Assembly: GCA_963727485.1 (NCBI GenBank) | Contig: CAVSGM010000002.1 | Span: forward strand, 1,280,001 to 1,344,000 | Source of the DNA: an uncultured delta proteobacterium | GTDB lineage: Bacteria; Myxococcota; Myxococcia; SLRQ01 | Length of the DNA stretch: 64,000 nucleotides | Direction: 5' to 3' | In this document: positions 30,420 to 38,976 of the stretch, one piece after another | How the letters are laid out: each line of letters starts with the position of its first letter | Numbering within the stretch: the stretch's first letter is position 1 | The notes under the pieces: generated by a model | What the model was told of the DNA's origin: nothing | The model's input: only the letters and a program-made list of their open reading frames with translations | Database searches by the model: none | Program-made: the position numbers and the translations under genes

Positions 30420-31195
30420 GCTTCGAGGTCCTTTTTCTTCATCCACTTCCAACCGCTGAAGATGGAGTCGAGGGTGCCGTTGCGCTCCACCACCGCGGTG
30501 AGGATGGCGCTGTAGAGGTGGTGGACGAAGAAGCCGATGAGCAGCCACATCGACACGTGGTGCCACCACCTCGCCGAGGCGGCGCCCCCGAAGAGGTCGA
30601 CGAAGGGGCGGAAGATCGACATCACCGAGCCCGGCTCGATGATCGCCGCGTAGAGGCCGAGCCCGCTGACGATCATCACCAGGTAGATGACGAACACCAC
30701 CGAGTAGGCGGCGCCGGCCACCGGGTTGTGCCCGGGGGTCGATGGCGGCTTGCGGCGCAGGAAGAGGTAGAAGGCCAGCGTCTGCCCGAAGGCCTTCCAC
30801 CGCTTGCGGGTGGTGGGGATGAACATCGTCCACCGGGCGTTCCGGCTCCCGATGAACATCCACAGGATCCGGGAGAGCACCGCCAGGGTGAAGGCGATGG
30901 CGAAGTAGAAGTGGACGACCTTCATGGTCCCCATCACGAAGTGGAACCGCGCCTCCCCGGGCACCACGATATACGGGTGCCCGATGTAGATCCCGGTGAT
31001 CGAGAGCCCGAGGATCGAGAGGGCGACGGTCCAGTGGGTGACCCGGACCACCACGTCCCAGGCGTAGACCCGGACCAGCTGGTCCTCGGCGGGCGACACC
31101 GCAGGCGGCGGCTTGGTCTCCACCGCGGGACCCTTGGCCGACGCCGTCTCGGGCGCCGCCGCGGGGCCGCGGGTGGCGATGTCTGGAGTGGTCAT
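30416..31195 (-). CDS. [NiFe]-hydrogenase b-type cytochrome subunit
   Basis: VRVTHW, HFYFA, GHNP, WHH..HHLY, SIFSGWK. Confidence 0.92.
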   Translation of the reverse strand: MTTPDIATRGPAAAPETASAKGPAVETKPPPAVSPAEDQLVRVYAWDVVVRVTHWTVALSILGLSITGIYIGHPYIVVPGEARFHFVMGTMKVVHFYFAIAFTLAVLSRILWMFIGSRNARWTMFIPTTRKRWKAFGQTLAFYLFLRRKPPSTPGHNPVAGAAYSVVFVIYLVMIVSGLGLYAAIIEPGSVMSIFRPFVDLFGGAASARWWHHVSMWLLIGFFVHHLYSAILTAVVERNGTLDSIFSGWKWMKKKDLEA

Positions 31196-32898
31196 TGCAC
31201 CTTGACCTCCACGACCTGCTGGCCGTCGGGATCGAGCACGTGCACGCCACAGGCCATGCACGGGTCGAAGGAGTGGACGGTGCGCAGGATCTCCAGGGGC
31301 TGGTCGGCCTTGGCCACCGGGGTGCCGATGAGCGCGGCCTCGTAGGGGCCCATCTGGCCCTTGGCGTCCCGGGGCCCGGCGTTCCAGGTGCTGGGGACCA
31401 CCGCCTGGTAGCTCTTGATCTTGCCGTCCTCGATCTTCACCCAGTGGCCCAGCGCCCCGCGCGGCGCCTCGTGGAAGCCGGCGCCCTGGGCCACCTTCGG
31501 CCAGTCCTTGGGCTCCCACTTGGTGTTGTCGGCGATGCGCAGGTCACCCTTGCCCATGTTGGCGGTCAGGGCGTCGAGCCAGTCGCCCATCTTGTTGGCC
31601 AGCACCAGGGTCTCGACCCCGCGGGCGGCCACCCGCCCCAGGGTGGAGAACAGGGCCTCGGGGCCCACGCCCAGGTGCCCGAGCGCCATGTCGACGCCGG
31701 CCTTCACCTCCTTGTGGCCCCGGCCGTAGGCGACCAGCATCCGCGCCAGGGGCCCGACCTCCATGGGCGCCTCCTCGTAGCGCGGCGACTTGAGCCAGGA
31801 GTACTTGCCGTCGGTGTTCAGCCGCTCGAAGGGCGGCTGGGGGCCGGTGTAGTTGGGCTTGGTCTCGCCCTCGTAGGGGTTGAGGCCCACCGCGTCGCCC
31901 TTGGCGTAGTCGTACCAGGAGTGGCTGACGTACTCGCTGATCTTCGCCGGATCGACGTCCTCGACCTTGGCGAGGTTCTTGTTCCGGATGATCCCCGAGG
32001 GGAAGAAGAGCTTGGGGTCGTCGCTCTCGTCCTCCGGGTACTCCCCGTAGACCATGTAGCTGCCGATGCCGGCGCCGATCCCCGCCCACTCCTTGTAGAA
32101 GCCGGCGATGGCCAAGAGGTCGGGGATGTAGACCTTGCTCACGAACTCCTTGGCGCTCCCGATCAGCTGGCGCATGAACTGGAGGGTCGTCATGTTGATC
32201 GACCCCTGCTTGTTGGGGTCGACCGGGGTCGCCATCCCGCCCACCAGGAAGCTCTGGAGGTGGGGGTTCTTGCCGCCGAGGACGGCGTGGATGCGGATGA
32301 AGTCCCGCTGCCAGTCGAGGGCCTCGAGGTAGTGGGCCACCGCCATCAGGTTCGCCTCCGGCGGCAGCTTGTACGCCGGGTGGCCCCAGTAGGCGCCGGC
32401 GAAGGGCCCGAGCTGCCCGGCGTCCACGAACTCCTTGAGCCTCGTCTTCACCCCGGCGAAGTAGCTCTTGGAGCTCTTGGGCCAGTCGGAGAGCGACTGG
32501 GCGAGCTGGCTGGTCTTCCCCGGATCCGCGGACAGGGCGCTGACCACGTCCACCCAGTCCAGGGCGTGCAGGTGGTAGAAGTGGATCACGTGGTCCTGGA
32601 CCATCTGCGCGGCCATGATCAGGTTGCGCAGGAGCACCGCGTTGGGCGGAGGCTTGGCCCCGATGGCCTTCTCCACCGCCCGGATGGAGGCGATGGCGTG
32701 GACGGTGGTGCACACCCCGCAGATGCGCTGGGTGAACACCCAGGCGTCCCTCGGGTCGCGGCCGTTCAGGATCAGCTCGATGCCGCGGAACATGGTGGAC
32801 GAGGACCAGGCGTTGGTGACCTTGCCGCCGTTCACCTCGGCCTCGATGCGGAGGTGGCCCTCGATGCGGGTCACCGGGTCGACGACGACGTGGCTCAT
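31192..32898 (-). CDS. Group 1 [NiFe]-hydrogenase large subunit
   Basis: TRIEGH, L1 QRICGVCTTVH, L2 SFDPCMACGVH plus a cleavable C-terminal tail. Confidence 0.96.
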   Translation of the reverse strand: MSHVVVDPVTRIEGHLRIEAEVNGGKVTNAWSSSTMFRGIELILNGRDPRDAWVFTQRICGVCTTVHAIASIRAVEKAIGAKPPPNAVLLRNLIMAAQMVQDHVIHFYHLHALDWVDVVSALSADPGKTSQLAQSLSDWPKSSKSYFAGVKTRLKEFVDAGQLGPFAGAYWGHPAYKLPPEANLMAVAHYLEALDWQRDFIRIHAVLGGKNPHLQSFLVGGMATPVDPNKQGSINMTTLQFMRQLIGSAKEFVSKVYIPDLLAIAGFYKEWAGIGAGIGSYMVYGEYPEDESDDPKLFFPSGIIRNKNLAKVEDVDPAKISEYVSHSWYDYAKGDAVGLNPYEGETKPNYTGPQPPFERLNTDGKYSWLKSPRYEEAPMEVGPLARMLVAYGRGHKEVKAGVDMALGHLGVGPEALFSTLGRVAARGVETLVLANKMGDWLDALTANMGKGDLRIADNTKWEPKDWPKVAQGAGFHEAPRGALGHWVKIEDGKIKSYQAVVPSTWNAGPRDAKGQMGPYEAALIGTPVAKADQPLEILRTVHSFDPCMACGVHVLDPDGQQVVEVKVQ

Positions 32899-34043
32899 GA
32901 CTTGCTCCCGTTCTCAGCGGAGGAAGAGGGGGTCTGGCTCGGAGGCGGCGGGGGCGCCTTGCCCTCGGCGGGTCCCTGCACCACCCGCTTGCCGATCTGC
33001 ACCAGGCCGTGGGCGCCGAAGGCGGCGGCGACGCCGGCGGTGGCCCACATGCCCACCGTGTCCACGCTGGTCCCCACCCCGGCCCCGGGGATCCCGTCGA
33101 GGTGCCGGTAGAAGGGCGTCATGGTGTCCCAGAAGTTCGGCTCGGCGCAGCCCACGCACGGGTGCCCGCAGCCGATGGGCCAGTTGGTGGCCTCGTTCCA
33201 GCGGACGATGGGGCAGTTCTGGTAGGTGACCGGGCCCTTGCAGCCCATCTTGTAGAGGCACTCGCCGTTTCGGTGGGCCTCGTCGCCCCAGGCCTCGACG
33301 TACTGGCCGGCGTCGAAGTGGGCCCGGCGCTCGCAGTTGTCGTGGATCGACTTGCCGTAGGCGAAGAGCGGGCGCTTGTAGGCGTCCAGCGGCGGCCAGC
33401 GCTTGAAGGTCATGTAGTAGACCAGCAGCGCCGTGAGGTTCTCCACGTTGGCCGGGCACGCCGGGAGGTTGATGAGGTTCTTCGCCCCCGGCACCGCGTC
33501 GGCGACCGAGAGGGCGCCGGTGGGGTTGGGGGCGGCGGCGGGGATCCCGCCGTAGGCGGCGCAGGTGCCGATGGCGATGGTCGCCGCGGCGCCGCCGCAG
33601 GTCTCCCGGGCGATCTGCAGGGCCGAGCGCCCGCCGATGGTGCAGTAGGCGCCCCCGGCGCCGGTGGGGATCGAGCCCTCGACCACCACCAGGTACTGGC
33701 CCTGCTTGTTCTTGACCACGCCCTCGAGGGCCGCCTCGGCCTGGTGGCCGGCGGCGGCCATGATGGTCTCGTGGTAGTCGAGGCTGATGGCGTCGAGGAT
33801 CACCTGGGCCGCCGAGGGCCGGCTGGCCCGCAGGAAGCTCTCGGAGTTCCCGGCGCAGTCCTGGAACTCGAGCCAGACCACCGAGGGCTTGGGTCCCTTC
33901 TCCACCGCCTCGGCCATCTGGGCGATGGCCACCTTCGGCAGCGAGAAGTAGGCGGCGACGGCGCCGCAGAACTTCATGAAGTCCCGGCGCGAGAGGTGAT
34001 GCCGCTCGAGCTCCGTCTCCAACCAGCTCTTGGCCTTGCCCAT
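32895..34043 (-). CDS. Group 1 [NiFe]-hydrogenase small subunit (Tat signal, C-terminal membrane anchor)
   Basis: SRRDFMK, QDCAGNSES, HDNCERR, CLYKMGCKGP, GHPCVGC. Confidence 0.96.
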   Translation of the reverse strand: MGKAKSWLETELERHHLSRRDFMKFCGAVAAYFSLPKVAIAQMAEAVEKGPKPSVVWLEFQDCAGNSESFLRASRPSAAQVILDAISLDYHETIMAAAGHQAEAALEGVVKNKQGQYLVVVEGSIPTGAGGAYCTIGGRSALQIARETCGGAAATIAIGTCAAYGGIPAAAPNPTGALSVADAVPGAKNLINLPACPANVENLTALLVYYMTFKRWPPLDAYKRPLFAYGKSIHDNCERRAHFDAGQYVEAWGDEAHRNGECLYKMGCKGPVTYQNCPIVRWNEATNWPIGCGHPCVGCAEPNFWDTMTPFYRHLDGIPGAGVGTSVDTVGMWATAGVAAAFGAHGLVQIGKRVVQGPAEGKAPPPPPSQTPSSSAENGSKS

Positions 34044-34114
34044 GACACAGTCCCCCTAAGTGAACGACGCCCGTGCCGGCCCCCGAGCCGGCGACGCAGA
34101 ACGCTGGGATTCGG

Positions 34115-34130
34115 AGCATCCGCCGTGCCG
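34115..34130 (-). promoter_or_regulatory. Sigma54 promoter of the hydrogenase/V-ATPase operon
   Basis: CGGCACGGCGGATGCT (GG-N10-GC) about 70 nt upstream of the small subunit gene. Confidence 0.6.
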
Positions 34131-34306
34131 GGATCCGGATCCCCGGAGATGACGCGGGGTTTTTCCCTGGATCCTGATCCCGGCAGGGTGCATTCCCTGC
34201 CGTTGGGGGGCACCGCCCACGCAGCGAATGCGCGTACCCCGGTTTACCCCGGCGGGCCCCCAGGGGTCCTGCTTCTGCCCCATCGCCCCCGGGAGGCCCC
34301 TTGCCC

Positions 34307-35527
34307 ATGCGCCTCGTCTGCCTCGTTCTCGCCGTCATCCTGCCCGCTTCCGCGCACGCGGCGCGCCCCGCCGAGGTCCGCCACCTCCTCGACCGGGCGG
34401 GGTTCGGGGCCCCCGAGGCGGAGGTGGCACGGCTGGCCCGGCTCCCCTACCCGGCGGTGGTCGATCACCTCCTCGCCGGCCTGCGCACCGTGGCGGTGAC
34501 GCCCCCGCCGGCGTGGGTGCGGACCCCCCTGCGGCCGACGAGGGGGATGCGCGCCGACCCCATGGCGAGGACGGCGTTCCGGGAGGCCCTGCGCGGCCGG
34601 GACCTCGACCTGAAGCGCTGGTGGTACGGCGAGATGATCCACACCGACTCGCCCCTGACCGAGCGGATGGTGCTGCTCTACCACGGCCTGCTCACCTCGA
34701 GCCTCAAGAAGGTCCGCTCGCCGACGCTGATGTTCCGGCAGAACGCCCTCTTCCGCCGGGAGGCCGGGGGGAACTTCGCCCGGCTGCTCCACGAGATCCT
34801 CCGCGACCCGGCGATGCTGAAGTACCTGGACAACCAGCGCTCGCGGAAGGCCCACCCCAACGAGAACCTCGGCCGCGAGCTGATGGAGCTGTTCACCCTC
34901 GGCGTCGGCCACTACACCGAGGCCGACGTCCACGCGGCGTCGAAGGCGCTCACCGGCTACCAGTTCGATCCCAGGACCTTCGCCTTCCGCTTCCGGCCGC
35001 GCAACCATGACGACACGGTGAAGACCTTCCTCGGTCGGACCGGTGACCTCGACGGCGACGCCATCATCGACCGGATCCTCGCCCAGCCCGCCGCGGCGGT
35101 GCACCTGGTGACCCGGGTGTGGACGACCTTCGTCTCGCCGACCCCGGATCCGAAGGAGGTGGGGCGCCTGGCGGCCCTGCTGGTCCGCGAGCACTGGGAG
35201 CTGAAGCCGCTGTTGCGGGCGGTGTTCCTCTCCCGGGCCTTCCGCGATCCGAAGAACGCCCACGTGCTGGTGAAGTCGCCGGCGGTGCTCCTGGTGGGGA
35301 CCGTCCGCGCCCAGGGCCGGGAGATGAGCGACCTCACCGCCCTGGTGCGCGCCGGCCGGCGCCTGGGTCAGGACCTCTTCGATCCGCCCAACGTCAAGGG
35401 CTGGCCCGGGGGCAACCGGTGGATCGACGCGACCACCCTGCTCGTCCGCCGGCAGATCCTCGCGCGCTTCGCCCGGTCCCGCGCCGAGCGGCAGCGCCTC
35501 CTCGACCCCACCTACCAGCTCGAGTGA
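34307..35527 (+). CDS. DUF1800-family protein
   Basis: HLLDRAGFG, LTERMVL, DPAMLKYLDN, PNENLGRELMELFTLG, PPNVKGWPGG. Confidence 0.88.
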   Translation: MRLVCLVLAVILPASAHAARPAEVRHLLDRAGFGAPEAEVARLARLPYPAVVDHLLAGLRTVAVTPPPAWVRTPLRPTRGMRADPMARTAFREALRGRDLDLKRWWYGEMIHTDSPLTERMVLLYHGLLTSSLKKVRSPTLMFRQNALFRREAGGNFARLLHEILRDPAMLKYLDNQRSRKAHPNENLGRELMELFTLGVGHYTEADVHAASKALTGYQFDPRTFAFRFRPRNHDDTVKTFLGRTGDLDGDAIIDRILAQPAAAVHLVTRVWTTFVSPTPDPKEVGRLAALLVREHWELKPLLRAVFLSRAFRDPKNAHVLVKSPAVLLVGTVRAQGREMSDLTALVRAGRRLGQDLFDPPNVKGWPGGNRWIDATTLLVRRQILARFARSRAERQRLLDPTYQLE

Positions 35528-35534
35528 GGACGCC

Positions 35535-36752
35535 ATGAACCGCCGCGACTTCCTCGGATCCCTCGCCGTGCTGCCGCTGGGCCTCGCCCTGCCCCGCCTC
35601 GCCCTCGCCGGGCCCGCGGACGCCGGCGACCGCCCCCACCCGGCCGCCGCCCGCCGCCGGGGCCCACGCCGGGGCCGGCACCTCATCCTCGTCGAGCTCA
35701 AGGGCGGCAACGACGGCCTCAACACCGTCATCCCCTACGCCGACCCGGCCTACGCCGCCGCCCGGCCCCACCTTCGGATCCCCGCCGACCAGGTGGTGAG
35801 GCTCGACTCGCACCTGGGCCTCCACCCGGCCCTGGCGCCGCTGATGCCCGCCTGGAAGGCCGGGGACCTGGGGATCGTCCTCGGCGTCGGCTACCCGGAC
35901 CCCAACCGGTCCCACTTCCGCTCCATCGACATCTGGAACACCGGCAGCGGGAGCCACCGCTACCTCGACGCCGGCTGGGTGGATCACGCCCTGGCGCACC
36001 GCCCCCAGCCGACGCGGCGGATCGCCGAGGGGATCGTGGTCGGCCACGGGGGCCTGGGGCCGCTGGCTGGCGGGGACATCCGGTCCCTGGTCCTCGCCCG
36101 GCCCCGGCAGCTCATCCGCCAGGGGGGCCGCCTCGCCGCGCCCACCTCGGTCTCCACCAACCCGGCCCTCGCCCACATCCTCCAGGTGGAGGCCGAGCTG
36201 CGCCACGCCGCCGACGGCCTGCGCACGCGTCTCGAAAGCGCGCCTCCGGTCCCCGAGGCCGCCTTCCCCCACGGGCCCTTCGGCCGGGACCTCCACACCC
36301 TGGCGCGCCTCATCCTCGCCGGGGTCGAGGCCCCGGCGTTCAAGGTGAGCCTCCCGGGCTTCGACACCCACGTCTCCCAGCTCCCGCGCCAGGCGCGGCT
36401 CCTGAAGCTCCTCGCCGACGGCCTCGCCGCCTTCCGGGCGGTGCTGGTCCAGGCGGGCCGGTGGGACCGGGTGGCGATGCTCACCTACTCGGAGTTCGGG
36501 CGCCGGGTCGCCGAGAACGCCAGCGGCGGGACGGACCACGGGACGGCGGCGCCCCACCTGCTCCTCGGCGGCCGGGTCCGCGGCGGGTTCCACGGCAAGC
36601 AGCCCTCGCTCACCCGCCTCGACGCCAACGGCGACCTCGTCCACGGCGTGGACTACCGGGCGGTCTACGACACCCTGGCGCAGCGGTTCTGGGGCCTGGA
36701 GCCGGGGGCGGCCACGGGCAGGCGCTACCCGGCGCTGGCGCTGGTGCGGTGA
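35535..36752 (+). CDS. DUF1501-family protein (Tat signal)
   Basis: NRRDFL, GGNDGLN, NRSHF, GFDTH, SEFGRR..GTDHG. Confidence 0.9.
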   Translation: MNRRDFLGSLAVLPLGLALPRLALAGPADAGDRPHPAAARRRGPRRGRHLILVELKGGNDGLNTVIPYADPAYAAARPHLRIPADQVVRLDSHLGLHPALAPLMPAWKAGDLGIVLGVGYPDPNRSHFRSIDIWNTGSGSHRYLDAGWVDHALAHRPQPTRRIAEGIVVGHGGLGPLAGGDIRSLVLARPRQLIRQGGRLAAPTSVSTNPALAHILQVEAELRHAADGLRTRLESAPPVPEAAFPHGPFGRDLHTLARLILAGVEAPAFKVSLPGFDTHVSQLPRQARLLKLLADGLAAFRAVLVQAGRWDRVAMLTYSEFGRRVAENASGGTDHGTAAPHLLLGGRVRGGFHGKQPSLTRLDANGDLVHGVDYRAVYDTLAQRFWGLEPGAATGRRYPALALVR

Positions 36753-36769
36753 CGGGCCGATCGGCGGGC

Positions 36770-36800
36770 TTGCCACGTCGACGGCGAGCGCTGCTAGAAT
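36770..36800 (+). promoter_or_regulatory. Sigma70-type promoter upstream of hicB
   Basis: TTGCCA (36770) and extended -10 TGC-TAGAAT (36792-36800). Confidence 0.5.
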
Positions 36801-36850
36801 CGAGACACTTGCTCCTGGCGCGGGAGACGCGTGAGCCCCAAGGTTTCGTC

Positions 36851-37078
36851 ATGCCCCTCGACCACCATCACCAGCTGACTGCGAGCCTCACCCGTGAGGG
36901 AGACTGGTACGTTGCCCAGTGCCTTGAGGTGAACGTAGCCAGCCAGGGGCATGACCCCAAGGAGGCGCTGGACAACCTCCGCCAGGCGCTGGAGCTCTAC
37001 TTCGAAGACCAACCCGAGGATGCCATCCCCCAGGCCGCGGTCATCAGAAGTATCGACCTAGCGCACGACGGCCGTTGA
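36851..37078 (+). CDS. hicB: HicB-family antitoxin (short, no DNA-binding domain)
   Basis: EGDWYVAQCLEVNVASQG..EALDNLRQALELYFED. Confidence 0.85.
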   Translation: MPLDHHHQLTASLTREGDWYVAQCLEVNVASQGHDPKEALDNLRQALELYFEDQPEDAIPQAAVIRSIDLAHDGR

Positions 37079-37214
37079 CGCCCCCCGGGAGGCGCGCCGA
37101 CCTCCCCCTGAGCGTGTCTTGTGTTGGGTGTACTCCCACTCGTCATGTTCAGGTGGAATCTTCCGGTTTCCGCGTTGTCTTCTTTGGGAGGTGTTCGGAT
37201 CTCCGGCCGGGAGG

Positions 37215-37254
37215 CCCTAGCGCCTCCGGGCCCTGGGACCCTAGCGCCTCCGGG
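37215..37254 (+). repeat. Two exact 16-bp direct repeats CCCTAGCGCCTCCGGG (24-bp period), iteron-like
   Basis: Copies at 37215-37230 and 37239-37254. Confidence 0.8.
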
Positions 37255-37333
37255 GCAGAGGTTCTGCGGCCTCCCCGCCCTCGTTGAACTCCTCGCCAAA
37301 TGACGACAATCTGCACGGCAGGAGGTCACTCTG

Positions 37334-37846
37334 ATGGCGAGGCAGAGTACAGGTGCGACGAAGAAGCAGGCGTCCAAGTCTCGAGCGAGCGGAGGGCGAC
37401 GAGGGCTTGAGGCCAAGTGGTCAAAGGCGGTCATTGAGACCGGCTACACGGTGATCCCCAATGTTCTTCTCCAGGCGCAGTCGCGGCTTGGACTTGATTC
37501 ACTGAACCTGAACCTGATCCTACAGATCGCGAAACACTGGTGGACGGCTGACGAGAATCCCTACCCTGGGCGCGCCCATCTTGCGGAGGTGCTCAACGTT
37601 CACCCTCGAACCGTTCAGCGCCGGTTGCGCGAACTTGAGCAAGCAGGGTTCATTCGCCACCTTGAGCGCCAAGGGGCCGACGGTCGCCAGCTGACGAACG
37701 AGTACGACCTGCGAGGACTCGTGGAGAAGCTCCAGCCGTACGCGGAGGAGATCCTCGAGGCCAAGGACGAGGCCAGGCGCGCAGGACGCCAACGACGGCA
37801 GAAGGGCACCCGCCGGCGGAGAACGCATGGAGGAGATGACCGGTGA
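37334..37846 (+). CDS. Winged-helix HTH protein (DnaD-N/HTH_36-like, replication-initiator-like)
   Basis: GYTVIPNVLL..LGL..PYPGRAHLAEVLNVHPRTVQRRLRELEQAGFI..NEYDL; visibly lower GC than flanking genes. Confidence 0.7.
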   Translation: MARQSTGATKKQASKSRASGGRRGLEAKWSKAVIETGYTVIPNVLLQAQSRLGLDSLNLNLILQIAKHWWTADENPYPGRAHLAEVLNVHPRTVQRRLRELEQAGFIRHLERQGADGRQLTNEYDLRGLVEKLQPYAEEILEAKDEARRAGRQRRQKGTRRRRTHGGDDR

Positions 37847-38058
37847 GTCTCGTTGGGGTCTCGGGCGCACGCTTGGTGAGGGCCCTGAAGCGCGTTGGGT
37901 TCGTGAAGGCCGGTGGGAAGGGAAGCCACGTCAAGCTCAAGCATCCGAACGGCCGTATCGTCATCGTCCCCATGCATCGTGAGATCGCGCCCGGGACAAT
38001 GAGGAGCATCCTCGGCCAGGCGGGCCTTACCGAAGAAGCGCTGCGCGCTCTCCTGTAG
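37843..38058 (+). CDS. hicA: HicA-family mRNA interferase toxin
   Basis: LVRALKRVGF..GKGSHVKL..VIVPMHREIAPGTMRSILGQAG. Confidence 0.9.
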   Translation: MSLVGVSGARLVRALKRVGFVKAGGKGSHVKLKHPNGRIVIVPMHREIAPGTMRSILGQAGLTEEALRALL

Positions 38059-38080
38059 CCACTCAGACGCGCGTCGCACG

Positions 38081-38914
38081 TCAGAACGGCCGGGTCCTCC
38101 CGATCACCCCGTCGCTCACCACCTTGGCGACGTCGTCGCAGGTGGCGCCGTCGGGGAGCCGGGTCTCGTCGAACCAGCTGCGCTGGGGGTTCGGGTCCGC
38201 GCTGACCGGCGTGGGGCTCGCCAGGAGGCTCGAGGTCGCGCCGATGGTCACCTTCCGGGCGTCGGCGAAGTCGAGGCCGATGACCCGGTCGGCCCCACGC
38301 ACCACGCCCTTGAGGTTGATGCGCCGGCGCTGGACGAAGTAGACGTCGCCGCTGGCGAAGCCCTGGACGTGGGCGGTCATCCCCGCGTGGCCGTCGTGAT
38401 CCATGTCCACCACCCAGTCCTTCGCCGGGGCCTGCTGGAAGCCCGCGGCGTCGGTGGGCAGGTCGGTGTCGTAGGGGTCGGGGAGGCCGGCGAGGCCCCA
38501 GAGCTCGAGGTGGCCGAGGAGGCCGTAGTCGCCGGCGGGGGTCACGGTCACCGAGCGCACCGCCTGGGCGGGGACCCTCCGGCGGGCGGCGTCGGGGATG
38601 GTGGTCTGGGTGCCCATGACCTCCCAGATCTGGCCCCCGCAGAGCTGGTGGGTCTCGTGGTAGGCCTGCGCCTTGGCGTCCCAGGTGCGGGTGACCAGAA
38701 ACCAGCTGTCGCCGCCGCCGGGCTGGGGACCGACGCCGGCGATGGGCACGCCCACCATGGTGGCCACCTCGAGGTAGAGGGCGAAGGTGCCCTTGAGGGC
38801 GCCGGCCTTCACCGGGATCGCGTGGACCCCGATGGTGGCGTTGTAGGCCGGGGCCGGGGGCGCGCCGCAGGCGGCGGTGGCGACGACGAGGGCGAGGACG
38901 TGGAGGAGCCGCAC
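38081..38914 (-). CDS. Hypothetical lipoprotein
   Basis: Lipobox ATAAC; TATCCT -10 element 6 nt before the GTG start; DMDHDGHAG Ca-binding-like motif. Confidence 0.65.
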   Translation of the reverse strand: MRLLHVLALVVATAACGAPPAPAYNATIGVHAIPVKAGALKGTFALYLEVATMVGVPIAGVGPQPGGGDSWFLVTRTWDAKAQAYHETHQLCGGQIWEVMGTQTTIPDAARRRVPAQAVRSVTVTPAGDYGLLGHLELWGLAGLPDPYDTDLPTDAAGFQQAPAKDWVVDMDHDGHAGMTAHVQGFASGDVYFVQRRRINLKGVVRGADRVIGLDFADARKVTIGATSSLLASPTPVSADPNPQRSWFDETRLPDGATCDDVAKVVSDGVIGRTRPF

Positions 38915-38976
38915 CGGGCCAGGATACAACGGGTCGGCCGGGGCGCACGCCTTGCGCTCCGCGGGATCCGTCGGTC

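Noticed and set aside
36770..38080. Intact prophage or IS element
   Set aside because: No integrase, transposase, terminal inverted repeats or convincing target-site duplication found.
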